From NCBI GenBank assembly GCA_001643675.2, contig LSRY02000007.1, positions 1,674,001-1,738,000 of the forward strand: a stretch of DNA of 64,000 nt, written 5' to 3'. Source of the stretch: Monocercomonoides exilis PA203 (lineage: Eukaryota > Protista > Preaxostyla). The notes beneath the pieces were generated by a model, which saw only the letters and a list, made by a program, of their open reading frames with translations, was not told the origin of the DNA and searched no databases. Positions 25,101-40,000 of the stretch are shown here, one piece after another; the stretch's first letter is position 1, and every line of letters starts with the position of its first letter. The position numbers were made by a program, and so were the translations under genes.

Positions 25101-28100
25101 CTCTTCATCTTCTTCTCTCCCCCCTCTCCCCCTCAGCCTCTCCTCCTTGTCCCCCTCCTCTCAGATCTCTCAGCCTTCCCTGATGTTGTATTCAGACTTC
25201 TACATTGCAGATTTCTTGAGTCTGCAGCCGAAGCTGGCGTGTATTGAGCAGATAATGACAGACACGACAGCGTCGATGTGTCTGAAGGAGAATGGGAATG
25301 TGCTGATTGCAGAGCTGAGGGAGGAGACGAGGAGGGCAGAGGAGGAGAGGAAGAAGAGGATCGCAGAGAAGAAGAAGGAGAGGAGGATGAGAAGAGAGAG
25401 AGAGAAGGAGAAAGAAAAAGAAAAGGAAAGAGAAAAGAAGATGGAAGAAGAAAAAAGCAAAGAGAATGAAGATGACAAAGAAGATGAGGCAGATGATAAA
25501 GAGAACAACATGTCACCTCCCACACTCATCACAGCATTCCACAAAGGCCAACAGAAATCAACAGCATCCACAACTTCTGCTAAACACACAAGTAACGATC
25601 AATCATTAACATCTACTTCTTCCATTTCTTCTTCTTCTTCTTCTCATTCCACCCCCATCCTCACACAAGCACAAACGCGTCTTCAGAAGCTTCTTCAGCA
25701 GCCTCAACAGCCCACCACTCTCTCTTCTCTCCTCTTTATGATCTCCTTCCACTCATATGCCCTGCCCCTCGTCCGCATCCTCCCCTCACAGCCGTATTTG
25801 CCTTCCTCTCTTTCTTCCTCTCTCCACCACAGCGTCTCCAACGTGTCTCGCCTGTCTCTTCTTCTCTCTCTCTCTCTGTCTCACCCAGACGATGCGATGG
25901 CATTGGGGAGAATGGTTATTGATTTGATATGCTCAAAGACACTCTCTTGCTCTCCGCTGGTGTATCTGCTGCCTTTCAGACCGAAGAAGTTCAGGCCTCT
26001 CTACTCGATACACGATGAGGAAGAGGAAGATGAGGAGGATGATGATGAGGAAGAGGGAGAGGAGGAAGGTGAAGAAGGTGAAGGAGTTAAAGATGACAAA
26101 GAAGGGAACGAGAATATTTCTTCTTCTTCTTCCTCCTCCTCTCCTCTCCCCACCTCCTCCATCGATGTGTCCACTCTCCCTCTCTTCTCTGATCTCCAAT
26201 GGGATGCTGTGCCAAAGGTGCTTCAGACACGTCTGACAGGCTCTGATCAGATGGAGCAGACGCCACACAACGAGAAGATTCTGCAGTCGATTGAATCTCT
26301 TTTGTTTGCCACAGACACCTCTTTCTTCTCATCTGTGCTGAAGTATGCGGGGGAGATAGACAAAGCTGTGGAGAAGGAAGAGAGAGAGAAGGAGAGAGAA
26401 AGAATTAAAGGGAAAGGAAGAGAAGGAAAAGGAGAAGGAGGAGAAGGAGGAAGAGAAGAGAAGAGGAGAGAAGAATTTCCTTTGAGAAGGGCGCATTCGA
26501 TGGTTGGACTGAGCAGGCATTTTCAGCCATTCACAGCACAAAACTGTGCTCCTCCTGCTCATTCACCATTGGGAAAGACACTCACAAAGGAAGAAGGAGA
26601 AGGAGAAGGAGAAGGAGAAGACGATGGGATGGATGAAGAGAAGGAGAAGGAGAAGAAAGAGAAAGAAGAGAAAGAAGAGAAAGAAGAGAAAGAAGAGAAA
26701 GAGAAAGGGCGAATGGAAGAAGATAGCGCTGTGCCATTGCAATTGAGCAATCTTGGATTTGATAGGATAACACCCACACTTCTATCAACAGCATCATCAC
26801 CTGCTCCTTTACTCGCTTCTTCTTCTCGTTTATCTTCTTCTTCCTCTTCCTCTTCCTCTTCTTCCTCCTCCTCTTCTTCAACATCCACCCCTCCCACCTC
26901 CCCTCTCCGCAAGCACATTCAACTCACTCCCCAATCCCCCATCTTCACTCATGCTCCTCGTTCTCCTTCTTTCTCTCACATACCAATGGTCCCATTAACA
27001 GCCAATGCTTCTGCTATTTCTGCTAACTCTTCTTCTTCTTCTTCTGTCATATCTACTCAATCTGAAACAATCCCGTTCTATCCAACCGCCTCTTCTTCAT
27101 TACTTTCTTCTTCTTCTTCTCCTTTATCTTCCTCCCTTTCCTCCTCCCCCTCTTCTTCTTCCTCCATCGCCCCCACGTTATCTGCCCCTGCCCTCTTCTC
27201 ATTCTCTGCCTTGAAGGCGTCTGTCTCTTCTGGCGAGTCACTGCCAATGCCCTGGCCAGCAGACACAGCCTCGCCCACAGTGGTGGAAGAAGGGAGTCAG
27301 AACAAGAGAGAGGCGATGGAGGCTATAGAGGCAATTGGCGCGATTAGAGAAGGAGAAGAAAGAGAAAGAAGAGAAAGAGAAGGGAATAAAATGGAAGAAG
27401 AAGAAGAAGATAAAGGGAAAATGGCGGGAGAAGGAGGGAAAGGAAAATATGGGGCGAAAGGGAAGAAGTTGGAGATTCAGATAGGGATGGGAGAAAGAAG
27501 GATGTCGATGAGCGAACGAGATGCGGAATATATTTCTGCCTCTCCTCTTTCCCCTCACCTCTCATACGCTTCGCCTGCTAATCATAGAAACTTCTCTCGA
27601 GGTGACGATGCAATGTTATTTGGTTCTTCTTCTTCTTCCTCTTCTTCCTCCTCCTTTTCTTCTTCTGCTTCATTAGTAACTCTTTCCCCTGCTTTACATT
27701 CTCAGCCTTCTTCCCCGTTTTCCTCTTCTGCCAATTCTATTTCTTCTTCTCCTGTTTCATCTTCCCTCTCTTCTTTCTCCTTCTCTCCTCTTCTATCTTC
27801 CCCCAAAACAACTGGCATTGCACCTTCTCCAATCTTCACTCCCAGAAAGTTCTCTTATGACACACCCTCAGCTGTCCAAGCCCCTCCCACTCTATCTCTT
27901 TCATCATCATCATCATCTTCTTCTTCCTCCTCCTCCTCCTCTTCTTCTTCCTCTTCAAACAAGCCAACATTTGTATCAGAAGTGCGTTCTTTGAAGAACT
28001 TTGTCCGCTCTCTCATTCTGAGACGTATGCATTTCGAGCATCCCTTCACCATTCATATTCCACTGCACAGACTGTTAGCCTTTGTGACTGCGAAGTTTGT

Positions 28101-28525
28101 GATGCTGGCATCAAATAGAATGAGGAAAGGAGAAGAAGGAGAAGGAGAAGGAGAAAGAGAAGAAGGAAGAAATGGAAGTGAAATAAAAACTTCTTCTTCT
28201 CTTTCCTCTTCCTCTTCTTCTTCTTCTTTCACTGACTCACTTGATTCCCTCTTCCCTCCTTCTTTCTCTCGCTCTCTTTCTCCTTCCTCGCTCCTTCCTG
28301 CTCTCCTTTCCCCCACTGAAGCACTCCTCATTGTCCAGCAGCCCCTCACCATCCACCTCGCCTTTATTCAGCTTGCTTCTTCTTCTTCTGTCTGGAGAAG
28401 AAACGGCTTTTCGGTTGAACCGCTGGCTCATTTCTACTTTTTGCCTCCATTTTGGATGAGATTCTTGCTGCCGGATGTGTTTTTGATACAGGTGTGATTG
28501 GAAATTCTGTAAATTGTTATGACAT

Positions 28526-28576
<51 letters not shown>

Positions 28577-29370
28577 TTTTGTCTATTAAATATCTGTGTG
28601 TATTGGACATATTAATTAATTTTGTTTCTTGTTTAAAAACAACATTACTAATATATTCTATTTTTATTTCTTTATTATTTTTATTTTTATTTTTTTTTTT
28701 TTTCCTTTTTCTTTTCCTCTCTCTTTCTCTCTTCCATTCCATTCCAATCAATCCAACAGATCTGTCTCTGCACAGCTGGCTGGACGCGCTTCTTGTCATT
28801 AGCTTTGACTCTCTTTGGCTTAGAATTCTTCTTCCTTCCCCCTTGGTATTGGAGAAGAGCTGTGGGATGTGAGAAAGCATTGCATTCATCATCATCATCA
28901 TCATCATCATCTTCTTCTTCTTCTTCTTCTTCTTCCTCTTCCTCTTCTTCTTCTTCCTCTTCTTGTTCATGGTGTTCTTCTTCTTCACAAATAACACAGG
29001 TTAATTCCTCTTCCAATCAGAGTACAATGTACGTTGAGCCATCTCTTTCTGTGCCTCAGCCACTTTCATTCAATGAACAAGACAATCAGATGATTGATGA
29101 CAACAAAGCTAATATTGTACAATCATCAACATCTTCTTCCTCTTCTTCCCCTTCTTCTTCAACCCCTTCGAATTCTTCTCTTTCTTCTTCTCTTTCTGTT
29201 CCTCCTCCTCCTCTCCCAGCAACCCTTGAGCGTGTTGGAATGATGTGGGGAATGAGCGACTCTGAAATGATTGCCTTCGCCTCTCACTTCCTCTCCTTCC
29301 TTCTCTCCCTCTCTGTCGACAGAACTTTCCCTCTTCACATCATTGAGCCTTCTTCTTCTTCTTCTACTAT

Positions 29371-29401
<31 letters not shown>

Positions 29402-31044
29402 CTTTCTTCTTCTCATTCTCTCCCCACTCCATCCCCTCCCCCCAGTTCTTCTCTCTTCATCGAGCAAACAAAGCCCTCCCGCACTGCCTTCTTCTCCCCC
29501 TCTCTCGAATCTCTTCGTCGCCACATCATCCTCTCCTTAGCTCTTTCTCCTCTCCCTCTCTCTCATTCTTCTCTGTGTGACTCACTCCCTGCTGCGTATT
29601 CCCACCATCCATCTTTCCTCTCTGTTCTGTCTGAGGTGTCTGTGGTTGTGCCTGGAAGAGCACAGCATCTGAAGCTGAATGAGTGCTGCTGGAAAGAGGT
29701 GGATGTGTTTATGCCCCGTGTCACCCCGCAGAAGAGAGAAGATTTGATCGCCAGCTGTGCGAAGCATGTGAGGAGGAGCGAGGTGAAGGAGTATGTTGCG
29801 GAGGAGGAGGAGAAGATGTTGAGTGTGTTGGATGAAGAAGAGGAAGATGATGATATTAATGCTGAGGATGATGAAAAAGAAAACAATGAAACCGAACAAT
29901 TATCATCCTCTTCTTCTCATCCTTCTTCCCATCATCCTTCTTCTCATCCATCCATCTTCCCTCCTCTTCCAGGTGTACCCCACGTTCCAATTTCTGCTGC
30001 TCCCTTCAATTCTCTCAATGACATCGCAACTTCGCCAACATTTCTGGGCATTTTGTGGACTGTTCTTCATTTGTATCTTCATGTTGCTTCTTCTTCTTCC
30101 TCTTCCTCTTCCTCTTCTTCTTCTTCCTCAAATATCTTCTCATCCAATCCATCTGATTCATCTCCTTCATCCACCCATATCCTCATCCACCCTCCTCTTC
30201 TCGAAGGATACTCAAAAGAAGACTCCGATCTGCTCAATGCTTTGTATTCAGGTGCATCTGCTGCTCCTTCTCCTTCTTACTTCTCAAGCAGAGTACAAAA
30301 ACTGTCTTCAAGTAATAATAATAACAATACTAATAATGGCTTTTCTACACCAAAAAGATCCGCCCTTTCATCTCCTTTGCTTTCAACACATCCTTCTATT
30401 GCTTCTGTCACTTCATCACCTGCAATCTCATCATCATCATCATCATCGTCATCATCATCTTCTTCTTCCTCTTCTTCAACATCTACTCCTCCCATCCCTC
30501 CACCACCTCAACCCACACTCTCACTCCAGCATTCCTTTAGCAGCACCCAACAAGACTCAGACAGCTCTATTGATTCAGATACCAATAGTAATAGCAATAA
30601 CATTTCAAGCACACAGAAAAACAGCGAAAGCGAAGAAGAAGAAGAAGAAGACACCAATCAAAACACTCTTTCATCTTCTTCATTGCCTTCTTCTCCAGCC
30701 ACTAACCCATCTTCTCCTTCCTTCTCTGAAACTTCTGCTTCTGAAGCCGACTTGCCTAGTTTTGTTCCTCCAATCCATTTCACATGCCAGTCACTCGAAC
30801 TGATGCTGTTTGCAGCACTGAGGCTGCTTGACACAACTCTTTGCTTCAGCCCTCAGTGGAAATTACCTGAAACATTGGAGGAATTGAAGGAAAGGAAGGA
30901 AAGGAAGGATGGGAAGGATGGGAAGGAGAAAGAAGGAGAAAAGAGAAAAGAAAAGAAAGAAACAAAGTATAAACAGCCAGAACTTGTAGACGATTTCATT
31001 CATCCTCTGTCTCTTCCAGTGTGTTCTGCTTATAAATCAATGAT

Positions 31045-31075
<31 letters not shown>

Positions 31076-34000
31076 ACTTCTTCCTCTTCCTCTTCCTCTT
31101 CTCCATCCTTCCTCTCCTCTCTCTTTGCTCGCATCTCTTGCCCATGCACAGCAGAAGTGGTTACACAGAGAAGAGCATCAGCCACACTGCATTTTGACTC
31201 AAACGGAATTAGCAGAGAAAACATTGATTTTGACATGAGCGAAAATGACATGAATTTGACTGAAGGAGGAATTGAGGGTGTAGCAAATGCAATGAAGAAG
31301 AAGGCAAGTGGAGGAGTAAGTGGTTCAGTGAGTGAGGTGGATAATAATTATGAAGGGAACAGAATGGAAGCAGAAGGAAGAGGAAACGAAAGAGAAGAAA
31401 AAGATGAGGAAGAAGAGAGAAAGAAGTTGCATGCTGCGACACAATTGAGCATTGCATCAATGTTGTATCAATTGTTCATCGCTCTGACATCTTCCTCTTC
31501 CTCTTCCTCTTCTTCTTCCTTCACTTCTCTTTCTCTTCTCATCCGCCTTCTTCTTTCTCGCATTCTCCATCGTCTGGCATTTGTGGTAGCAGTCTTCTAT
31601 CACAAAGACGAAGCAGCTTTTGACTCATTTGTGGAGCAGTTAGGAATTAGACCAAAAGCAGAAAGAGTGAAAATACAAAAGATGAAGAGAGAGAAGGAGA
31701 GAGTGGAGAAGGAGAAGGAGAAGGAGAGAGAGAAAGAAATGGAAAGAGAAAGAGAAAGAGAAAGAGAAGAGCAAATGAAAGTAGATCTTCTCAAAGATGA
31801 CAAAGGGAGAATGGAGATAGACACAGACAAGGAAGAAACAGCAGAAGCCAAAGAAATCAAAGAAATCAAAGAAAGCATAGCAAGCATAACAAACAAAGAA
31901 AGCAAAGAATGTCCTCATGAGCCAACGGGGTATGTGTGTGCGTTGTGTCACAAGGACATTCTGATGAATGAGTCAGCTGGATTTGTCTCGTTTGTGGAGC
32001 GGAACACGACATTGCAGGCAGTTTCGTCAGCAGCCGTCATCAACTTCCATGCAGAGCAGTTTTATGAGTTCAGAAGAGAAAGGAAGAGGATGAGGTTGGA
32101 GAGAAGAAGGAGGAGAAGAGAGAATGAGAAGCTTAAAACAAAAGAAGAGTTGGAAGCTGAGAAGAAGAAGAAAATGGCAGGTGAAATGGATGTTGAAGAG
32201 ACAAATAAGACAGAAGATAAACAGAAAGAAGAGAATAAGAAAGAAACATCATCTGCAATGGAAGGGAAACACAAAGTGAGAAGGCAGAAGGGAATGAGAA
32301 TGAGGGACTTTACAACACCCTGGTGGGGCAATAAAGGAATGGACAGCAAAGCATTGTTTGAAGAAGAAGAGGAGGAGAAGGAGAAACGGAAAGAGAAAGA
32401 AAGAGAAAGAAAGAGAGAGGAAAGAAGAAGAAGAGAAAGAAGAGAAAGAGAAAACAAAGCCAAAAAGACAGAAAAGGAAGCTAAACAGCCAATGCAGATG
32501 GATGTGGAAGAAGAGGGAACGAAAAAGGAATCCAACGAAGGCAGCCTTCCTAAGACATTGTCATTGACGCACTCTTCAGCTGCTTCGTTGAAATCAGTAA
32601 AATCTTCATCCTCGTTGTCTTCTTCCTCTTCTGCTTCTTCTGCTTCTTCTTCATCAGCTCATTCTCTTTCTTTGTTTGATCTTCCTGTTGTAGATCCAGA
32701 GGCCCATATGACAGAAGTGTTTGATGCAATGACGAAGAATGGGACATTGGAACTAGCTAAATATGGTGTGCTTCCAATTAAAGAGAAAAGAGGAGAGGAA
32801 GAAGAGAAGGAAGAGAAAGAGAAGGAAGAGAAGGAGAGAAGTGAAAGAAAAGATTCAGTTTCAAAGGAAAGATCAAAGAAGAAGCAGAAAAAAAGAGAAC
32901 AAAGAAGCAAAGAGAGCCAAAGTCACAAAAGAAGCAACAGAAGAAGAGAAGGAAACACAAAAATAGCAAAAGAAAGCGCAACACAAAGAGAAAAAGCAGC
33001 AAATGTGCAGATTGGCCCAACTTCCATTTTGGAGAACTCGATTTCAGTGCAGATGGAGGTGAAGGACAACGAGAAGGCGAAACTGATGATGAACCGCTTC
33101 GATTCTTTCTTTGGCGGAAGAACAAGCTCTTCTCAGAACTTTGCTCAGACTCAGCCACAGCCTCAGCCTCAGCCATTGGCAGCTCAACAAACATCCAGTG
33201 CCTCTTCTTCTTCTCCTGCTACTTCTGCTTCCACTCAATCTCCAAAGATATCAGACTCATCTGAGCAAAATGTCAATACAAGCTATCCATCGCAAGAACA
33301 GTCTCTCTTCAAAGAAGTGCGCCCAATGCAGTCTTCTTCTGCTTCATCTTCTCTTTCACACGCAGACACCTCATCTGATGCTTATTCATCTCGCCAGCAA
33401 AACTCCATTGGAGATGAAACAGGTGCTGCACATTCGCCTCTGGTTGTTGTGGATGCTGCGTGTGTCACACGCCACTCGTACATCTCGTCAAAGGCAACAC
33501 TCTACGACACCTCCAGAAATGCAGCAGACGCATCATCATCAACATCTTCTTCTTCTTCTTCATTCACTGTTGATGACAGCGTCTCCACTCCTCAAAAACA
33601 CGGAAGGATATCCCGCGTCCATTCACATGCACATTCCAACGATCTCAACCAGTCAGCACTTCAGCCACAACACCCGATGCACCACCCATCACGCTCTGTC
33701 TCTGAGCAGCCCCGTCTCACTGTCATCGAATGCCCCAAGCCAAAACACAGACTCATCCCGTCTTCTCCCTCTCTTTCTGGCTCTTTCCCTTCAAATTCGT
33801 CTCTTTCGCCCACTTCTCCTTCACTCCGCAAGCACAAAGAGAAGAGCAAATCGCCTTCACCTGAATTTGCCTCTTTTCCAACTTCACCTTCTTCTCATCT
33901 GTCGTCTCCAATGTCTTCGCCCAACTCTTCTCCTTCTCTTTCGCCTCATCCACATCGCTTTTCCACCCCGCCAGGTACATCCCACTTCGAAAGAGTGGAC

Positions 34001-37000
34001 AGCGGGGAAGGCAGAGGCAGAGGGCGAAGAGAAGGAGAAAGAGAAGGAGAAGGAGGAGAAGAAAAGAGAGTGCGCATTCGGAACAGAAGGAGCAGTGCAG
34101 ACAACGTGTTTGATGTGTCAAGAGGAGAGGTGGATGGACAGGCGTCAGATTCAGGTGATCTGAACGAGTATTACAACGAAGGACTCAATGCAGATGGAGG
34201 AAAGATGGATGCATCAGCAGCAGCAGCAGACAGAAAGAGGGATGAGAGCAGCGAAAGTGAGTTCAGTCGGCGCTTTTATGCAGAAGATGGAGATGAAGAC
34301 GATGAGCAGGAGGTGAGCGAATGGACAACACAAATGGAAGATAACCCGGATGATGACGATGATAGCGAGAAAGATGAAGACTTGTTGGAGTCGGAGGAAG
34401 AGATAGGGTTCAATGAAGGAGCAGTTAAAGGGCACCAGGATGATTTGGGATTGGGAGGAGATGATGGAGATGAGGTGGATGTGAAGGGAACAGGACAAGC
34501 ACTATTGAATGAGCTGTTGATGGATGCAACAGCGGCAGAGAAGGAGGAGGAAGAGCTGGAGGCAGAGGAAGACGAGAGAGAGAGGCAGATGTTCTCAGAG
34601 ACAGACAGGGACGAAGACGAGGAAGAGGACGAGTTTGACGACGAGATTATGAGAATTCCGTTTGAAGGAGTTGAATTTGATGACAAAGAGGGGATGAAGA
34701 AGCAGAGGATGGAGATACTTGGCGATGGAGAAGAGTATTTTGGATCTGAAGTGGAAGATAATGAAGCTCTGTCTGAATACGATGAGAATCAGCAGTCTGA
34801 AGCATTTGAGCATTCGCAAAGGCATTCGGAAGATATGGAAGGAGAAGAAGAAGGAGAAAGAGAAAGAGAAAGAGATGAAGACGAGAAATACTCAGAATTT
34901 AGCAGCAGTTCAAAAGGTGATGAGATGTCGTCGATTGCTCATCATCGCAAAAATATAAGAAGAAGAAGAACACTTAGAAATCAACGAGCTAAACAGAGGA
35001 GGCACAGGAAGTTTGGAATCACAAGTGATTCTGATGAGCCTATGGATGTTGAATCAGATAGCAGAGCTTCGATTTCATTCAACACACCATCTTCTATTTC
35101 AGATGGAAACAAAATGAGAGAATTGTCTTCAACAGATTCACATTCACGTTCTTCTTCATCTTCTTTCTTCTCAACAAGTGAATATGATTCTTCTTTTGAA
35201 TCTAGTTTTGATGAAGAAAATGATGAAGAAAGCGCACAAACAGAATTCGAAACGGAAGGAGAAGGAATGGAAGAGGAATCAGAGGAGAAAGAAGATCAAC
35301 CAGAAGATTATTCAACCTCTTCTTATTCACTTGACTCAGAAGAAATGCAACTTGAACACTTTTCTCGTAGACGTCATAATCATCACAATCATCATCAACA
35401 TTCAGGCAAAAGACATCATAAAGGAAAGATGTATGGAAGAAGAGATTCTGCTTGGGAGCATCGCAACAAGAAGAGGAGAATGAGAAGGAGAAATTACGAG
35501 AGGCAACAAGAAGAAGAAGAAGGAGAAGACGATAATGAAGAGTTTGTGGATGAACTAGGAGGAATAGCTGGGAAGAAGAGAGTGAGGTTGTCTGAAGAAG
35601 ACACAGGAGCAGATGTGATGAATGAGAAAGTGGCTGAAAAAGAAAGAAGGAGAAGCATAAGAAGGAGAAGAGAAAGAAAGTGTTATTCTCCTGCTTCTTG
35701 GCCTCTTTCATTGCCACTTCCAGTGACTCTTGTTGAGAAGCAAGCTATTTCTGAGGGGAGAATGGAAGAAGATCTGCCATCAGACAAGAGCAAAGAGTCA
35801 GACAAGACAAAGAGCAATAACAGTCTTATGCGAAAGCGCTCACACGATGTTGCTCTTCCACTTCGAGTCCCACTCTTCTCAGCACCCGAAGGAGAAGTGA
35901 AGCCACAAGGCCTGTTTGAACTTCAGAGCAAAAACTATCTTCGTAAAAAGATGCATTTAAAGAAGCAGCAGAAGAAGATGGAAAAGAAAAGCAAGATGCT
36001 CAGACTCAAACATCACAATCAGCATCATCATCACCACCACCACGAAAGAGAAGAAAGCGCCAATTTGAATGAAGAAGACAGCAACAGCGACACATCCAGT
36101 TCTCATTCAGAATCTCCATTTAGCAGCAACATGCTGAGTGATTCGTGTGTATCCTGTTCCAACGTCTCTCTTCTTTCTCACTCTTCTTCTTCTTCTCTCT
36201 CTTCTTCCTCTCGCTCACCTTCCTCTCAACACACAAATTCGCATCAGCATCAGCACCAGCACCAACACGCCCTACACTTTAAAACTCGCTCGAAGACGAC
36301 TGATTTGTGGGGAAATAGCAGACACCGCAGCAGACTGTTCATCAACAACCCTTCTGCTGACAGCGCTTACTGTGCCACGCCCACTTTCCCGTTTCTCACT
36401 CACAAGCAGCTTGAAGAGCTGAATGGAAGTCCGTTTTTGGAGTATGAGAGGAAGAAGGCGATTGGAAGAATGGGAAAATGCTGTGGCAGATGTCATAATC
36501 ATAACAATGAGAATGATAATGGCAATAATAATGAAGAGTTGGATGGAATGAAAGAAATGGATGTTTCAGATAATAATGATGAGAAACTTGCAAATGTTGA
36601 TACGCCTGATGAAGCTGGAGATGAACCGGTTGATTTATATCTATCTCGTTCTGGAAATTTAACCCATTATCCACACAAACAAAACAATGACCGCTCAAAT
36701 CGTCATCATCGTAAACAACATCAGCATCATCATTGCTGCCGTCACCACGACCACAGCCACGCCTTCAGCACTTCATCTGTCTCTTCATCCTTCAATCTCT
36801 ATCAACACATCTACCACTCCTACTGCAGGCAGCAAGAGCACCACCGCCACACCCACCGCAGCATGCATCTTCAGGAGACCTTCTTTGTGCAGACATGTGG
36901 GCACGCCATGCACAGCGACTGCCAAAAGCATCTTTTGCAGCAGCTTGCCCAGCAGAAGAGCGCAGAGGCAGAGGAGAGAAGGAGACAGCTGGAGATTCAG

Positions 37001-40000
37001 CAGATCCAGGAGCAGATGTTCCTACCACGTGCAGACGAAGGAATAGGGGCTGAGGAAGGGCTGGCTGTGGAAGACCTGCTGATGGGGCAGTCAGCACAGC
37101 AGCAGCAGAGCAGGATGTTGCAGATGCAGCAAATGAGTCTGCCAAACCAGAGCGAGCAGTTTTCACAAGGAGAATACAACTTTAATGGAAGTATTGCTAA
37201 CAACAATGAAGAGGATGCGGCTGTGGGAATGCAAAATAACAATATTCTGTCGAAGATTGATGCAATGAAAGAGCAGCCACTCAACAAAAACGCAGAAGCC
37301 AATCCTTCGCAGTTTATGTGCCCTATTTGCGAGCAGCAGGCGAATCTGCTGCTTCCGTTACTGTGTGCAGGTTGTTTGACTCAAGATGAAATCGAAGAAG
37401 AAGAAGAGGAGGAGGAAGAGGAAGAAAAAGACTCTGATAATGAAGAGGAATTGAAAGAAAAGGAGAAAGATGATTCAATGAAAATGGATGCAAAAACAGC
37501 CAAATTTGCACAAAGAGGAGGGTTGAAGAGGAAAAACACAAAGTCATCTATTTCCTCTCAAGACGATGCTGATCACGAATCTGAATACAGTTTTGGATCA
37601 GCCAAGAGTAAAAACGATGAAAACAGCCTCAACAACAACGAAAGCATTGATGAGAATGAGAATGACGATGATGAAGCAGAAGAAGAGCAGACAGCCATCG
37701 TCATCCGTCCAAAATTTGTCTCACAGCAGCTTTCCCTTCGTTCTCTTCCTCGTATTTCTCGCTTCCACATTTCCTCTCTCCGTTTTTCGCTGCTTCCTGA
37801 TCTGTTCAACCTGGGCGATGCTCTTCTGGCACAGCAGCTGGTCTCCTTTGTGCAGCCAGCAGAGCTCATCCGCCTCTTCAGCCATGTCACACCAGCAGCC
37901 ATCCTCCTTCAGCTGCTCTCTCCACGCAGACACGCTGTGCCTGCTCTGCTGAAGAGACTGGTGTCATCGTTGGTGGATGAAGAAGAAGAGGAGGAAAGAA
38001 GGAGACAGATGGAAGATGAGTTTGACGATGTGGAAGGAGAGGAAGAAAATGGAGGGATGGAGTTGAGGAGAAGAAGGAGAAGAAGGAGAAGATCATTTGA
38101 GGACTTTGGCGATTATGAAGGAGATGACATAAATTACATGGGGATGCAGTATGGATACACAACAGCAGACAATCGGATGGAGATTGAAGGAGTTGAGTCG
38201 ATGGATGAGCCATCTCCTCCTCCTTCTCCGTCTGCCCATTCTCCACCAACAATCCCTCCATCTCTTCTGCCTAACATCATGTTCCAGTCGCCACTCACTC
38301 CACAGAACATCACGCAGCCAATGGATGGTGCGATGGATGTGGAAGTGAATGTCAATGTGAATGAGCCTATGAATGGAAAGAATGAGACAGAAATACCACT
38401 TCCTTTGGAGGAGCAAGCACAGACGCAAGAGGAGATTAGAGAAAGAGAAGAAGAGAAGAAGAGAGAGGAAGCAAATGCGAAAAGAAAGCAGGAAAAGGAG
38501 ATGCAAATAAAGAAGATCCTTCAACAATTAGAAGCATTGAACGAAGACTTGAAGCGAAAGCAAAACCTGTCAGTCTCCGAAGCGATGGAATTGCTGACAA
38601 AACTTGAGAATTCTCTTCTGTCTCAGCTTTCTGAAGGCACATCCTTCATCCATACACTCACTCCAGCCGCTGCCCGTTCGCATCTCCACTCTCTTCTTGT
38701 CATTCTCGGGTCAATTCGGAGTGCCTCGCTTTATCTTTCTCCTTCGCTCAGGAAGATGAGCTATGACAACACAGCTCTTCTGGCGCTGCTCCACACACTC
38801 GCATCGATTGAGTGGGGGTTGCGTCCTCTTCCACTTCCACTCTCACAGAAGATAAGAGATATCGTGAAGAAGCACAAGAAACTGTGGAAAGCAAACAATG
38901 GAATAGAGAAAGAGGAGAAAAAGAGAGAAGAAACAAACGATAAAGGGAAAGAAATGACAGAAGAAGAAAACAAGGTAGTGGAAACAGCATGCGAAGAAAA
39001 CAAAGGAAAGCCATCTACCTCGCCATTCTCCACGCTCACAACACGTCATTCGCTCTCAGATACAATCAGAAGCGAAAGCGATGACCTCTTCTCACTCTCT
39101 CCGTCTCCACCTGCACTCAGCCCTCAGATTGCACCTTATCAACCACATCCACTCAGACTGAGCTATCCTCCTTCTGCCAGTCAGCGTCCTTCTTCGCAGG
39201 CACAACTTCAATTACAATCGCAAACATTCTCTCCGTTCTCTCTCTCTGCTGCATCTGCCTACCAGCATCAGTATCAATATCAATATCAGCAGCCCTCTCA
39301 TCCCACCTCTTCCTATCTGATTCTCTCTCCTCCTGCGCACACCTCCTCTCATGCTGTCCAGTTCGTCCTGTCGCCTTCGCCTTCTTCTTCTTCTTCTCCT
39401 TCTCATTCGCCAATCAGCTTTGATTCCCCAAAAACTGTTCTCTCAGCCACTTCAACACTTTCTCTCTCTCAGTCTCCTGTTGGCGATTCTGCCCCTGCTG
39501 CTTCATTGACAAGCATGGCACCTGCCTCTGATTTGTCTCTGAACAACATTCCTCTTTCTTCCACTTCCACTTCCACTTCACCATCATCTTCACCTTCTCT
39601 TTCTCCCTCTCCTCTTCCCTTCCATCCGATTTCACTGCCTGCCCCCCGCACAGCTGTCGAGTTCTGGTCTTTGCTCCACATTCCTCCGATGGCCACGTAT
39701 CGCTTCTGCCTCAGCCGCAATCAGTCAACAGCATTGTCTGCACTGTTCCATTCGTGTGTGGCTATTCAGATGCTGCGAGAGAGCGAAGAGGATGTGGAAG
39801 AAGAGCTGTGGAGAAAAGAGAAGGAGGCAAAGAATGCAAAAGTGAGTGAAGGAGCAATGGATGTTGAGCCAGACATTAAAGAAGGAGCAGTTGTAACAGA
39901 AAAAGAAGAAAGAGAAGAAGAAGAAGAAGATGTGTTTGTGAGAGAAAGAGAGATTGTTCTAAATGAGCTTATGTCGATGCGCCTGATGAGCAAAGCAGCT

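Noticed and set aside
28522-28578. (ATTT)n tandem array and similar short periodic repeats (20126-20190, 20660-20705)
   Set aside because: Simple intronic or intergenic microsatellites with no spacers; not CRISPR-like or telomeric.
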